Shown: piece after piece, positions 1 through 13,202 of the stretch
Position numbering within the stretch: position 1 is the stretch's first letter
Layout of the letters: the number at the start of each line of letters is the position of its first letter
Source of the DNA: Podarcis melisellensis
Taxonomy: Eukaryota
DNA: 64,000 nucleotides
NCBI GenBank assembly: GCA_964234715.1
Contig: OZ174275.1
Direction: 5' to 3' (one strand)
The notes under the pieces: generated by a model
What the model was told of the DNA's origin: nothing
Seen by the model: only the letters and a program-made list of their open reading frames with translations
The model's database searches: none
Position numbers and translations under genes: made by a program

Positions 1-918
1 TTGCCCACCTGCTGCCTGCCAACATCATTCCATTGGCACAGAGCACCCTTTTCTATCCACCAGATGTATGGCCAGATAGAAGTATCACCAATGGGATTGC
101 TGCGAGTGGTGGCCAGTGGAAAGTCTTGAAAGGGATCCCTTCCCAGTGCTACTATCATCGTATGAAAACACTGCGCCTGATTCAGTTCCAAGCGGGTGCA
201 ACAGTCATCTTGCTCCCAACTTCTGTCCTACCTGTGATGTACAGCAGGGCTGTGGATGTGACAAAGAACTCTCACAGAGAGAGAAGCAGAGGGAGAGGGA
301 GCTGCTGTCTGCCAGCCACCTCAAAAAGTATCTGAGATGCCATTGCACTGGCTGCAGAAAGTTTAAGAAGGCTTTCCCTGATGTGTGCCTCAGTCATTCT
401 CTACAGCGTCTATAACTGTAGATTTGATTTTTAGTTCATTGAGTTTGTTTCTTTTATATTTTATCCTATTTTCTCTTACTGTACAATGCTTGCATGACTT
501 TAGGCTATGAAGTGTTTTTTAGAATTGAAAAATAAAAAAGGCAGTCAACCTATCTCCTCTATAGACTTAATTGTGAGACTCAATTAGGCCCTCTTCAAAT
601 GTTTGGCTTGACATTGTGCCAGAAGCTAGCCAGCAATAAATCACACAGAGTAAGTGACGTTAACTCTTTATTAGAAGAAACAAGGTCTGCTCAGGTGTGT
701 CAGCAACACTTTTCAGAGGCCTAGCTCCTTTGAGGCAGTTGTGGAGACTGCAAGTCCCCACTTTCCCACAGCTGCCTAAATCTCCTCCTCCCCCAGGTCC
801 TTCCTTGAACAAAGAAGATAAAATTCAAAATGGATATCAATATTTATTATTAGAAAATTCAGTCCCATGTGTTTCCCCATGCTTCGCACTGGTACCTACC
901 AGTACTTTGTATTTCTGC

Positions 919-1154
919 TAGGGTTGCCATATTTCAAAAAGTGACAATCGGAACTAAAAAATTTTTGAGCTATTTTTTGGCAAAAATGCTTTTTAAAAAT
1001 GAGCTATTTTTCAGGAAAATCGGCAAAAACACTGCCGACACAGTTGCCATACATCTAGATTTTCCCAGACATTTAGCTGATTTCCGCCCAGACACTGATT
1101 CCGACTGCAGTATTCTGGATATGTCCGGCAAATTCTGGACAAATGGCAACCCTG
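919..1154. mobile_element. Non-autonomous hAT (Blackjack-like) MITE
   Basis: TIRs TAGGGTTGCCAT / ATGGCAACCCTG; 8-bp TSD ATTTCTGC (911-918) vs ATTCCTGC (1155-1162). Same family at 52859-53151, with partial copies at 4708, 15907 and 43524. Confidence 0.8.
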
Positions 1155-1304
1155 ATTCCTGCCATCTCACTGTTTTGTATTGTTGTATTGGTGTGTGTGT
1201 GTGAAACCTGGGGCCTTCTGCAGGCAGTCGCAATACCATGGAGTTACAACCCTTTCCCAGAAAAACAAATTGTGATAAAGTGTCAATGCAAATTTGATGG
1301 AAGA

Positions 1305-1492
1305 TCACATGCTTCCCCTGCAAAATATCCTAGGTTCAATGTGCAGCATCTCAGGGTAGTGCTGGGAAGGATTTTTCCCTGAAACCCTGGAGAGCCACTT
1401 CCAGTCAGTGCTAAGTCCTGCACATGGCTGCTGCCCTCCGATGCCAATATTCATTCAGATAAACCAATGATCTGGCTTTGGCTTCCTATGTT
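1305..1492 (+). mobile_element. Degenerate short tRNA-derived SINE (same family as 50302-50472)
   Basis: B-box-like GGTTCAAT, then the shared core CTGAAACCCTGGAGAGCCACTTCCAGTCAG and tail GCTTCCTATGTT. Confidence 0.5.
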
Positions 1493-1565
1493 ATTACAAT
1501 TCCTTCATGAATCAATGTTATCCATTTCCAGTCTATAATGCCCCCAACATTCTTCCAGTTGTAGC

Positions 1566-1654
1566 CATAGCTGTCAACGTTTCACTTTTTTAAGGGAAAT
1601 TCCCTTATTCCGAATAGGATTCCTCGCAAGAAAAGGGAAAAGTTGACAGCTATG
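1566..1654. mobile_element. 89-bp hAT MITE
   Basis: Perfect 13-bp TIRs CATAGCTGTCAAC / GTTGACAGCTATG; perfect 8-bp TSD GTTGTAGC (1558-1565, 1655-1662). Confidence 0.9.
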
Positions 1655-1721
1655 GTTGTAGCTTCATATAAGTTTGTTTTTCAGGGCTAACAATACCCTT
1701 CCCCTTCTCTTTGCCTCTTCA

Positions 1722-1909
1722 CAAGGGCGGCCCACCCATGAAGCAAGGTGAGGCAACTGCCTCAGGTGGCAAGATCCACAGGGGTAGCAGATCCCAGTGT
1801 AGATCTTTATTTCCCCTTTGTTAATCTTTATTGACTCCTTCTTCCCTAGCAGGGAGGGGGCACTTTTTGTGGTTCACTTGATGTGCCAAAATGTATTGGG
1901 TTGGCTCTG
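1722..1909. mobile_element. hAT (Tip100-like) MITE
   Basis: Degenerate CAGGGCCGGC-type ends (CAAGGGCGGCCC ... GGGTTGGCTCTG); perfect 8-bp TSD CCTCTTCA (1714-1721, 1910-1917). Confidence 0.75.
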
Positions 1910-3033
1910 CCTCTTCATATGGAATTATTATTATTTTTTATCAGAAACAAACAATGCGGTTGAGTCTTGGGGAGAGTATAGCACATTTTCCCAATAGATG
2001 AATTCCTAAAACGATGAATTCTGTGCAGTTCTCCAAGGACATGGAGCACTGATGGTGGTAGGGATAAAATAAAAGCTCGAGAGTTATATATACATGCCAT
2101 TCCATGCAGCTGACAAAGTGGACTCTGTCTAAGAATGCCTCTGGGTACAATAACTGTGCTCATTATCACATTTCTCTATTTGGGTTTTACTGCAAGCAAG
2201 CAACATAGTTATCTCTCTGGAATTAAGTTCCATTGGTGCAATTTCATTCTCCATTTATTTCTTCTACCACCCCAGTTTCCTTTAAGAGTAAGTAGAGACA
2301 TAGAAGAAAGCAGGAGTCAGTGTGTTGTTTTCCCGCAACCACACACCTTGTTTTTTTGCATAACTTTTCCCCAACTTTGCTCTTATTTTGGCACATATAT
2401 GTGCTTCTTCTGCTAATGATGATTTTGAAGCATGTTTGATTGATCCTTGTGGCAGGCTTTATGCCTATTTGTTTGTTATTTTGTTTGCTGTTTGCATTAT
2501 TTATATGAGCTCTGTTATGCAGGCTTATATACATTTAAAGAATTATGGTTTTTTTATGCTCTCCAGAGAAAGGAGAGAGTGCTTCATGATTCCACTGTAA
2601 GCCAGCTGATCAGCATTCTGCAATTAGTATTTTTCTTCAGTATTGTAGTGCATGTACCTTCCAAGCATTGTTCTCAAGAGAAGATTATGCTCAGCAATCC
2701 AAGAGTCGGAGTTGTTACTTATCTGCAACAGATAGCAGATCCTGCAGTGTCATTTTAGTTTAGAAGGGGAAGGAAAATGTGCAGAATTTTTTCTAAGGCA
2801 CCCTCTTAACAGTCGAAATAGCTTCCGGAAAAATTGCAAGTATGCGTAATGATTATCGTAAATGTATTCTGAGTGTCTTCATTATACACTTAAAACAGAA
2901 GTGAAAGAAAGTTTTCAGTCAAACTCTTGAATTTACTTGCATAACTTTGACTACATATTCTTTCTCAACATCCCCAGTAAAAGAGACTCTTAACAGCGGC
3001 ATTCTTGTAGCAGCAGAACCAAAGGCACACTTT

Positions 3034-3170
3034 CATACCCCTCAACTGTCCCAATTTAAGTGGGACATCCCATTTTTGGGTGCTGTGTTCGTGCACAAGT
3101 CCCCTGGCTCCTTTGAAATTGCAGCCCCGAAAGATGCATGTCCTGGTTTTCCTCTGGGCTGGAAGGTATT
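3034..3170. mobile_element. Degenerate hAT MITE
   Basis: Ends CATACCCCTCAACTGTCCC ... GCTGGAAGGTAT form imperfect TIRs; CACTTT on both flanks. Confidence 0.45.
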
Positions 3171-3559
3171 CACTTTCTATGCCAAAAGTATTTTTTGAAA
3201 GAGGTTCTACATTGCTTCCTGGTATAGCCAGTTTTCTACATTAACAAAGGATGTGCTAGCTGTTCTTAGTTTGTGTGGGTGTCTTCATCACATCCTTTCC
3301 CACCCATAACTAGGCCCCCATGTTGTATAGCAGATACCTTTGTAGAGCTGAAGAAGAAGGTAAGACACTCCCTTTATCCCCAAGCACCTGGTACCTTTTG
3401 ATAGAAATCCTTCCTATATTTGTCTAAATAAAACAAGGGAGTCACTGGTGGCAAATGAATTGCATAGATTTCTCATGTGCATGATGAATAAATGGTTGTT
3501 TCTTCTCAATTGTCGTGTTTCTTTATTTTACAGCTCTGGAATAAAACAATCTGAATGCA

Positions 3560-4519
3560 ATGAAAGAGAAAAACTTCACCGTAATAATCAATGAGTTTGT
3601 ATTTGTAGGGTTAACAAACAATCTCATACTACGGATTGTCCTCTTTCTAGTCTTCCTTGCTATTTATATTGCTACTTTGGTGGGAAATCTAGGACTGTTT
3701 GTGTTAATAAGAGCCTGTCCCAAGCTCCACACTCCAATGTACTTCTTTCTCAGCAACCTCTCTCTCCTCGATGCATGCTTCTCCTCTGTGGTTGCCCCTA
3801 AGACTTTTGTGAATCTCTTAGCAGATAAAAAGACCATTTCCCTCACTGGATGTGCATTGCAAATGTACTTTGTGATAGGTCTGGGCAGCACAGAGTGCTT
3901 TCTCCTGGCTGCAATGGCATATGATCGCTATGTGGCTATCTGTAAACCACTGCTGTATCCAGTCCTCATGTCTCCTAAAATCTGTACACTTCTGGTGGTG
4001 GGGTCCTATGCTCTTGGGCTTCTGCACTCTCTTCTCCATACAGTCTTCACCTTCAGGCTGTCATTCTGTCAATCCAACGAAATCAATCATGTATATTGTG
4101 ACATCACTGCACTTTTATCACTTTCCTGTTCGGATACTTACATCAATGAACGCCTGATTTTTTTTGAGGCTGGGCTTGTAGAAGGAACCACCATCCTGAG
4201 TGTCATCGTCTCTTATATGTACATTCTCATCAACATTGTGAGGATCAGCTCAAGGGCAGGTAGACTCAAGGCGTTCTCCACTTGCACCTCACACCTCACT
4301 GCAGTTACCATCTTCCACGGGGCAATTCTTATCTTGCATTTCCGACCAAACTCTGGCAGTGAATCGTTTCTTCAAGATGTCACAGACAAAACCCTTGCTG
4401 TGTTCTACACAATTGTCATCCCCTTACTGAATCCCTTGATATACAGCCTGAGAAACAAGGAGGTTAAGGATGCCTTAGGAGGCATTCAGAGGAAGGTATG
4501 TAACAAAATGAGTAGCTAG
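3560..4519 (+). CDS. Olfactory receptor, class II (family 5/8/9-like); gene 1
   Basis: 319 aa with [35 protein letters not shown] and [12 protein letters not shown] motifs; N-glycosylation site NFT; splice acceptor TTTCTTTATTTTACAG ends at 3533. Confidence 0.97.
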   Translation: MKEKNFTVIINEFVFVGLTNNLILRIVLFLVFLAIYIATLVGNLGLFVLIRACPKLHTPMYFFLSNLSLLDACFSSVVAPKTFVNLLADKKTISLTGCALQMYFVIGLGSTECFLLAAMAYDRYVAICKPLLYPVLMSPKICTLLVVGSYALGLLHSLLHTVFTFRLSFCQSNEINHVYCDITALLSLSCSDTYINERLIFFEAGLVEGTTILSVIVSYMYILINIVRISSRAGRLKAFSTCTSHLTAVTIFHGAILILHFRPNSGSESFLQDVTDKTLAVFYTIVIPLLNPLIYSLRNKEVKDALGGIQRKVCNKMSS

Positions 4520-5520
4520 CAACAATTTCTAAACATTTCCACAAGAGCTATATATTCCTAGTCCATTATTAGCATCTATGTATGGTGTTGCATGTCCAAT
4601 ATTAAAATTACAAAAATGTAGCCTCTCTTGTCATTTACCTATATGATGATCTTAAGGATCAATATAAGTTCAGCAAATAATATAAGCTAGAAGTGCTCAT
4701 TGTAGCTTAGGGTTGCCATATTTCAAAAAGCAAAAACCAAGACATCCCAAAAGTTGTTGAGTTTTTTTTAGGAAACCCCCAAAATTGTTGAGTTGTTGTT
4801 TTTTAACTAAAAGAGAGTAAGTCAATTCTAGGAAAGTAATGCCTATTCTTAAATTGCTTATCTATGATTACCTCTTACAATTAATATGTAGAAGATACCA
4901 CAAATCATGTGTGGTTGCAATGAGAGAGGGCTGTGGAGATGAACATGAGATCTTAAGATTGTGAGGAAACACAAAAGCCAGAGTGGTCTCATGGGGAGAT
5001 CTTGGGCTGATCACTACTACTTAGTATATAGAATATTCTACTACTTAGAATATAGAATATATACTACTATATACCTCATAGAATCGCTGTGAGGATAAAA
5101 AGGTAATAAGGAGACCATGTTTACTCTACACACCCAGAGAACCTTAATTATTGGGCAGAACATAAACACTGCAAATAAATTAATAAGCTACCTTCTGCTT
5201 GGAGAAAGGGTCAGGTTTTTTTTTAAGCAAGAACAGCTAAACATATAATAAAGCAGTGTGCAAAAGTTCCATGATAGATGTTCGGCGATTCCTCATAATA
5301 AGTGCAAGGTGTGAAAAATAGGAAATATACTTTATTTCCTTGACATCTAATGGGAGGGCATTCCACAGGGTAGACACAACTACTAAGAAGGCCCTTTGAG
5401 CTCTCCACAGCTGCCAACAGCGCACCCACATGAAGGGAAGAATCTACTTGGACTTCTGGACCAGTATTCACTCTGCTCTCTCAGCTTCTTCATTTCTCTT
5501 CACCTTATTTCCCTCTGGAG

Positions 5521-5658
5521 CATCCTTTCTCAACCTGTGGGTCCCCAGATGTTTTTGAACTACAACTCCCATCACCCCTAGCTAGCAAGGCCAGAGCTCA
5601 GGGATGATGGGAGTTGTAGTCCAACAGCATCTGGGGACCCACAGGTTGAGAACCGCTG
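5521..5658. mobile_element. Palindromic hAT (Charlie-like) MITE
   Basis: Near-perfect hairpin (CTCAACCTGTGGGTCCCCAGATG...CATCTGGGGACCCACAGGTTGAG); TSD CTCTGGAG / CTCTAGAG. Confidence 0.8.
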
Positions 5659-5882
5659 CTCTAGAGTCTAGAGTCTGCCATCCCAGTCTGCACTTGACAA
5701 TGAGTCCTTCATACACAAACCAAACTACATGCCCTTGGGGTACACTTGACTTTTTCAAATGTGAATATTCCCATAAAGCTGATTGCTTGGAGGAAATGTG
5801 TTGCTCTGTAATACCATTTCATAAAAGGTTCAGGTCCATCTCAGCAATAATTCATAGTTTCCTCATGAATAAAAGGTTAAAC

Positions 5883-6015
5883 TAGAGGTGGAGAATCTGT
5901 TTCCCTTCAGATGCTGCTGGGCTCCCAACTCCCATCAGTTCCAGCCAATATGGCCAATGATCAGGGGTAATGTTAGTCCAGGAGCATCTGGAGGGCTGTA
6001 GGTTAGCCATTCCTG
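5883..6015. mobile_element. Older palindromic hAT MITE
   Basis: Related CAGATG...AACTCCCATC...CATCTG structure; TSD GGTTAAAC / AGTTAAAC. Confidence 0.65.
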
Positions 6016-7797
6016 AGTTAAACTAATCAGCTTCTGGGTATGTGTCAGCTTCTGGGTATGCTTTCAGCTGCTGCCAAGCCATATCCCTTGGGGCAGATTG
6101 CTTCCCACCAACTGTAGTCCTTTAGGATCCGATCATATTTTGCATATTTATTTTAATATATTCAAGATAACTTGCACCTGTTTTATTTTTGGTATTCTTG
6201 TAACTCATCCTGGGACAATTGGGTGAAGAAGAGGGTCTATGTAATAAATAAGTAAATATTAGAATTCACAAAAATCTGTTTCCTTTATGGTTACAGATGG
6301 CACTAACAGAGAATCCAGCAACTGTTACATTAGCCAGTGCCCCATGGGAGATTGTACTAACAAATCTCTGTATGCTAGAACCGCCACAGGAGTTTTGTTG
6401 TTGTTAAAGTACAGTGTGGAGAAAATTATTTTTTTGTCTTGTAAAATCCTGGCACTTCACCAACAAAGAAAGGACAGTATAATAAAGCTACTTTTTGTAG
6501 CAGTTTATGGAAGTTTATATTCCCTTCCAATGAGGTCTGTCAGTGTGAAGCACCCAAAATCGTATCATCCATAATATCTTTCCACTGTGTATTATTTAGG
6601 GATTCCTCCATATCAAACCAAAAACATCTTGGCAAAGTCACAAGGTAAACAAAGAATTATTAACAGCTTGACTTATTACTGCAGAGGTCCATCAGGTGGA
6701 AGGATCCCAATGGGTTTACCCAAACCCAGATCTTCAAGATAAAATAACTACATCTTCATTTGGGAATCTGATGACTAAAAGAAGGCATGCACTTCAGACC
6801 TAGAATAATAACCTAGAATAATAATTAAGAAACCAACTTCAATATGCCCCCTTCTCTTGCTGCTATAATTGTTGCCTGAAACTGTGGTGAGTACAGATCT
6901 CTCCTTTTCTCCAATGTGGCATACAAGCTGATGTTGTCCTCAGATTCTCAGAGAATTCATAATGAATTTAAAGCATTTATGGCTAAAAATGAGATAACTA
7001 TTCTACCTAAATTTATTGGTGAGAGAAATCCATGCTGACTTAAGGAAAATGATTTGCTTCTTTCCCATATGATTTGTCATCTTATATTTCTTAACCTGGT
7101 GCCCATGTCCATATATAGAGAACATTCCATCTGTGGAATTTTGCTTCCATATGTTGAACTCCTTTCCTGGCTTGGCGTGTAACATCAGTATGTTACATTA
7201 ACAAAAACTTTAGAAGAGCTCTGACCAAAGACCTGTCTTATTCAGCATCCTGACCTAAGGAACCAGATCCTTATGGGAAGCTCATAAACAGGATATGAAC
7301 AAAAGAGCGCTACCATCAATTGTTATTCCCAGCACTTGAGGAAATGATATTGAGTTTAAATGAAGTCAACTGGGTGTAGCTTAAGTCCAAATAACTCATC
7401 ATTTCCCCTTTCCCCTTTCTCCCATTTTATTCTTTCTTCTTGTTTTTATATATTGTTTATAGGAAATTCTATCCTGCTGTTCTAGTGCCTCTGCACTGTT
7501 CAGTATTCTTAATTTTCTCACAATATAAAAATATATTTAGAGGGGGGGTCTTTTTAAAAAAGGAGAAAGAACAATAACTGAAACAATACCTGTTTATTTT
7601 CAGTTAAAGGATCAAACTGGAGATTGCTCAGACAAGTTCCTCCTTTTTTAAAAAAAATGATGATATATCCTAAGAGATTTTGAATGTTAAATAATCTTGT
7701 ATTTTTCATAGCAGCTTTTCAAAATCTGATTTGCTACCTATAACACTGAAATTTATTATTTTCCTCCTTTCAAAAAACAGTATGTTTGCAAGTGCAC

Positions 7798-8736
7798 ATG
7801 GATGGGGACAATTGCACTATAGTGAACGAGTTCATTCTTGTGGGTCTCACAGATCGATCTGAACTGCAAATCATCCTCTTCATAGTCTTCTTGCTGATCT
7901 ACATTATCACAGTATTGGGGAATGCTGGGATCATTGTAATCGTGAGGACTTGCTCTCAGCTTCAGACGCCAATGTATTTCTTCCTTAGCAACTTATCATT
8001 CCTGGACCTGTGCTATTCCTCTGTCGTAACACCCAAGATGCTAGTGAGCTTCATATCACATAGAAAAACCATCTCCTACTCTAGCTGTTTCACTCAGTTG
8101 TATTTTTATATTGCTTTGGCAACAGCAGAATGTTACCTCTTGGCGGCCATGGCATATGATCGCTATGTGGCCGTCTGTAACCCACTGATGTACACAGTCA
8201 TCATGTCTGAAAGACTATGTGTTTTGTTGGTGTTTGCTTCTTTTGTGGTGGGCTTCCTAAATGCAACAGTACAGATAGGTTTTTCCTTAACAGTGTCCTT
8301 TGGTGATTCTAAGGTTATTAACCATTTTTTTTGTGATGGGCCACCATTGATGAAGTTGGCCTGCTCTGACACCACTCTCAACCAAATCCTTGTTTTTACT
8401 ATTGTTGGATTCAATGAAGTTACCACCACATCCATAGTTCTCATCTCTTATACCTGCATCTTTTCTACCATCCTCAGAATACGCTCCAATGACAGCAAGC
8501 ACAAAGCTTTCTCCACCTGTACTTCTCATCTAACCACCGTCAGTTTGTTCTATGGGACCCTCCTCTTTATGTACTTGAGACCCAGTTCCAGCTACTCTTT
8601 GGAGCAGGATAAAATAATTGCAGTGGTCTACACAGTGTTGATCCCGTTCGTGAATCCCCTGATCTATAGCCTCAGGAACAAAGATGTGAAGGATGCCTTG
8701 ATTAAAGGAATGGAGAGACTCGGGATTTCAAGATAA
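7798..8736 (+). CDS. Olfactory receptor, class II; gene 2 (paralog of gene 3)
   Basis: First in-frame ATG at 7798 (MDGDNCT). Motifs [44 protein letters not shown]; acceptor CAG ends at 7780. Confidence 0.97.
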   Translation: MDGDNCTIVNEFILVGLTDRSELQIILFIVFLLIYIITVLGNAGIIVIVRTCSQLQTPMYFFLSNLSFLDLCYSSVVTPKMLVSFISHRKTISYSSCFTQLYFYIALATAECYLLAAMAYDRYVAVCNPLMYTVIMSERLCVLLVFASFVVGFLNATVQIGFSLTVSFGDSKVINHFFCDGPPLMKLACSDTTLNQILVFTIVGFNEVTTTSIVLISYTCIFSTILRIRSNDSKHKAFSTCTSHLTTVSLFYGTLLFMYLRPSSSYSLEQDKIIAVVYTVLIPFVNPLIYSLRNKDVKDALIKGMERLGISR

Positions 8737-10368
8737 ATGTAGCAGTCACATACTGGAAAGAATATGGCAAAGGGTTAGCTCTTTGATTTACCTGAAGGTT
8801 GGGGAGGGGAGAGAATTGTAAAACAAAAGAAAAAATAGGAATAAAAACTAATGCTCATTATCTATATATATCCAGAGTTATACAGGATTATATTCAATGT
8901 TAGTTATACCCATTGTGCCAGGCTGGTACAATGAGAGCGCTGAACTTTAGTAATGTACATTCATTGATTTTAATAGGTCTGAGCTCTGAATATGACAGTT
9001 GGATATCATCCACACCTTATTATTTCAAATAGAGATTTTCACAAGCCTTCATAAAGTAACCAAAAGGAAGAAAAATAATATATTTGTACGTACAGTATCT
9101 ACAATAAATAAAAATGAGAACATAGTGATAGTAGTAGTTGTAGTACTATGAGTAGATTTTTAGAAGGTTCTTAATGCTTGGAAGGGATAGGTATGGAGAT
9201 TGTATTGATTGCTATTACCGTGTGAAACCAGACAAATAAACAAGTAGAAGGCACAAATATAGACATGTTGAAATTTAGATTTTCAAATAACATTGGTTGC
9301 ACATTGGCTTGAAATTTATTGTTCCAGTGATTTATCGATATGGACCATCTCTCAGTGAGCTTGTCTCCTGTCTTTTGCTTAGCCCTATGTTTCGCTTGGC
9401 TTAGAAGTATGTAAAGTTTATTAACATATGCAACTACCGTTTCAAAAGTACCTTTGTCAATATAAGAAAGGGTTTCTTGAAAATGAGAAAGGTGATTCAT
9501 GATTTGCATATTAATTATTTATGAATAAATAAAAATACAAAATCTGCTTATTATCCAAAAATTATTATGCAACTTTACAAACTGCCCCCTCCCCCCGCCC
9601 CCTCAATCCAACTTGGTGCTGGTGCTTAGGTGGTTCAGAGATGATTTGGCATTGGGGTGAACTGTGAGGTGGCCAAGCTTGCTAAACAAATCAGATTATT
9701 TGGGATGATGGAAACAAAAAAAGGATAGCCAAGATTTTCAAAGATATACCTTATAACTGAGGCACAATCTTATACTCTCAAGCAGTTCTTTCAAAAAGTT
9801 AAGGCATTATAAACATTTTAAATATTCCCATTGTAGTGAATGGGGAAACTTGAAGCTTCGTGGTTCCAAAACAAGATTCTGATTTGGGTCTGAGCAAAGC
9901 AAGTAGCCTCCGAAGTGGTCCATGCCAAAACACACCACTTTCTGAATCATCTGGTCAAGGTCCAAACCAAATATTGTGTTCAGTGCACACCTCTAATATC
10001 TATGGTCAGTACTAAAAGCTGTGACATGTGCTACAAAAGACATTTCCATTTTCTCCTTAAGGGGAATAAGCCTTTCTGGTATTACTCTGTTTATTTATAA
10101 GCATTTTTAGGATGGCTGCAATAGCCTTTTCATAGTTAAGGTGGAATTTAATTATATCATATAGGGTATAAAAATGCTGTTTTTAAGTGGCTCCTTTTTT
10201 CTTTTCTTTTTTTGAAGGGGCTACTTGTCAAAGGGGTTTTAAGTTTATTTTTATTAGTTTTCAAATTGCTATAGAACCATAAGAACAGATAAACAATAAC
10301 ATACAAAAACTAAACAAATTAAATAATAACATCCAATCTAAGATCAAGATATCAATATTTCCCTAGAA

Positions 10369-10504
10369 CAGTGTTTCCCAACCTTGGGTCTCCAGCTGTT
10401 TTTGGACTACAACTCCCATCATACTTACCGAGCAAGACCAGTGGTTAGGGATGATGGGAAGTGTAGTCCAAAAACAGCTAGAGACCAAAGGTTGGGAAAC
10501 ACTG
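10369..10504. mobile_element. Palindromic hAT (Charlie-like) MITE
   Basis: TIRs CAGTGTTTCCCAACCTT / AAGGTTGGGAAACACTG; perfect TSD CCCTAGAA (10361-10368, 10505-10512). Confidence 0.9.
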
Positions 10505-10631
10505 CCCTAGAAGGTGCAAAGAGTGATAACTGTAAATCTGAAACTATATGGGATTACACACATGAGACAGGAACTTTACAGAGCTGATGGAGTCCACTTC
10601 TCAGACTTATGGAATGACATTTTGCTCTCTG

Positions 10632-10678
<47 letters not shown>

Positions 10679-10978
10679 TTCTTGTTTCCCCAGCCACTCT
10701 GGGTGGTTCCCAACAGAAAATTAAAAACACAATAAAACATCAAACATTACAAACTTCCCTAAACAGGGTTGCCTTCAGATGTCATCTAAAAGTCAGATAG
10801 TTGTTTATTTCCTTGACATCTGATGGGAGGGTGTTCCACAGGGCAGATGCCACTACCGAGAAGGCCCTCTGCCTGGTTCTCTGAAACCTCATTTCTTGCA
10901 TTGAAGGAACCACCAGAAGGCCCTTGGCACTGGACCTCAGTGTCCAGGCTGAACGGTGGGGGGTGGAGACGTTCCTTC
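10632..10978 (-). mobile_element. 5'-truncated L2 LINE with (ATT)n tail
   Basis: Reverse complement of the 3' end of the L2 at 63370-63690 (peptide RTRQRAFSVVASALWNTLP); (AAT)n at 10632-10677. Confidence 0.9.
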
Positions 10979-11717
10979 TGACCTTCATAGGGGGTTAAGA
11001 GCAGTAATAGTTGAGCAGTGGGGGGAGGAAGCACTAAGTTATCCTTTTCCTGTTGAAGGTGTGAACGGGAAAGGAATAGATTGAAATGGATGATGAATTC
11101 CTTGAGGCATGTTTGAAGTAAACTGTGATGCCAAAGTATTTCATGCTTTGTGATGTCATGGCGAAGGGTATGGCTCACTGTTGAGCTTAACCTGTGTCAC
11201 CCTTTTGGGGTTTTACAGACTTAATGGGCCATGAATCAGGAAGAATTCCCTCCTCACCTTTAAGGATGTGGTGTGACAGGTACATGTCCATCTGCAAAAC
11301 CATTACACAGCTATCATGAGTAGAAGTGTATGCAGCTGGATGATGAGGGTATTATGGCTGAGTGCAGTTCACATTCAATGGTACAGACTCTCCTCACTAT
11401 ACAGCTCTCCTCCTGTGGGTGAAATGAAATTGACCATTTTCTGTGGTGTCCACCCTTTATTGAAATTTGCAAAAATTAAGTTTCACCCCCTAAAATGGCA
11501 TGCCCTAGTGTGGCAAGGGGAGTTGGAAATTAAGGCCAGCTTGACTCCCTTTAGTGTAGGCTTACCAAGTTAACAGACAAGAGCCTGATAGAGTTTGAAG
11601 ATGCTTCTGTACATATTGTTATTTATAAGCTGAGTATGTTCTGCTTATATTTAATAAAGTGGTCCTAATTCTACGCCATACTTGGTGTTTTGTCTCATTA
11701 TTTCTGGTTTCCTAACA
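10979..11717 (+). mobile_element. Possible old solo LTR (interrupted)
   Basis: TATAAG at ~11624, AATAAA at ~11653, ends ...CCTAACA; no TSD or clean 5' end found. Confidence 0.3.
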
Positions 11718-13028
11718 TAAAAGTACACTTTCTTCTTTTGGGAGTAGGGAATTGTTTTGAACAGAAAATGATTCCCTAGTTCCAATATTGTTTTCTCTAC
11801 CATCAAGGGAAAACAACTCTACCATCAGGGGAAAACCAACTGACTTTGTGCTCAGGGAACTAAAGCTCTTGACATCGGGCAACCTAGTATAAATGTACCA
11901 ACACTTTCACCCTTGTATTTTTCTGAAATGAGAAAAGGGCATTATTTAGAGGCATAAATTTAGGGTAAGTATTAACTAGCAGGATGAGAGAGTTGAATTT
12001 CACTCTGTTGGAAAGGTTGACAAAAGGGTTGTGACTGAGTAGAAGACTAGGAAACAAAGATGTTTCCCAATGCCATTACAGCATTGCTAAAGCTGCAGTT
12101 GCAATAATCAAACTTTAATTGGTCTAGCTGTCACCTAAAGCTTTCAGCTGTAATCTGGTGCCCACTGACCCCATTAAATTCAGCGAGATTTACTTTTGAG
12201 TATACATGTACAGGATTGCTTTCTCAGTGAGGCACAGAGCTGAAGAGCTCACTCAATTTAACCTGTTTGTTTTAGCCTGTTTGTGGTGCATTACTGTGAA
12301 AAAATCAGTATGAAAGAATCAGTATGAATGATGACATATCCTAACAATTGGCCACATATTTGATTTGAAGGGAAAAAAAACCCAATTAGGTTACATTTGT
12401 TTCAATATAATCAAAAAACATGATGTCAAGATGGTTATTCTTCTTATTATTAAAAAGTCAGTCAAATACTTGAAATTCAGAATGCTGATAACACAAATTG
12501 TTTAATCAGTTGACAGCTGTAATAATTGGAGAGCTTCTGGTTGCGCTGTGGCCTGCCAAACTACATCTGGTGGTAACCTAGGCTAAGCAAGGCCTTTTTC
12601 AGTTGCAGAATCTAGTCTCTGGGATCTCACCCCATGCCCCATGGTAGCAGCTCTGTTGAGTTTTTGGTGCCTCATGAAAATGCATTTATTAACCCAGATT
12701 TTGTTGGTTACTGGCACCAAACTTTGAGAAATTATATGGAAATTGCTGTCTCTAGTGCCTTCACTGCCCAGTATTTTTAATTTTCTTACAATAGAGAGAA
12801 ATTCTGAAAGAGAAGAGGAGAGGAGGAAGAAGAAGGAAGAAGAGGAGAAGCATGACATGAGTCAACCATAACATTACCTTCATGCTCTCATTTGAACTAC
12901 AATAATGGAGATTGCTGGGGAAAGATCCACCTTTCCCCCCAAAACTGATGATATTTCTGCTTTAAAATTATAATTAAATCGTATTTTTTTCATGAACAAT
13001 AACCACATACCTTTTAAAATTCAAATCC

Positions 13029-13076
13029 CTGGGGAAACCCAGCCAGGTAGACAGGGTATAAATAATAACATTATTT
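13029..13076 (+). mobile_element. Tiny L2 3'-terminal fragment
   Basis: CTGGGGAAACCCAGCCAG...GGGTATAAATAATAA matches the L2 3' end at 63647-63687. Confidence 0.6.
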
Positions 13077-13202
13077 TAAAAAACCATTGTGAATGATGTA
13101 CACTGGGCACTGAAATATTATTTCCACCCTCTCAAATAACAGAGTATATACACATATATATACATATAGACAGACAGATATATCAAGTGCTTGCAAGTGC
13201 AC

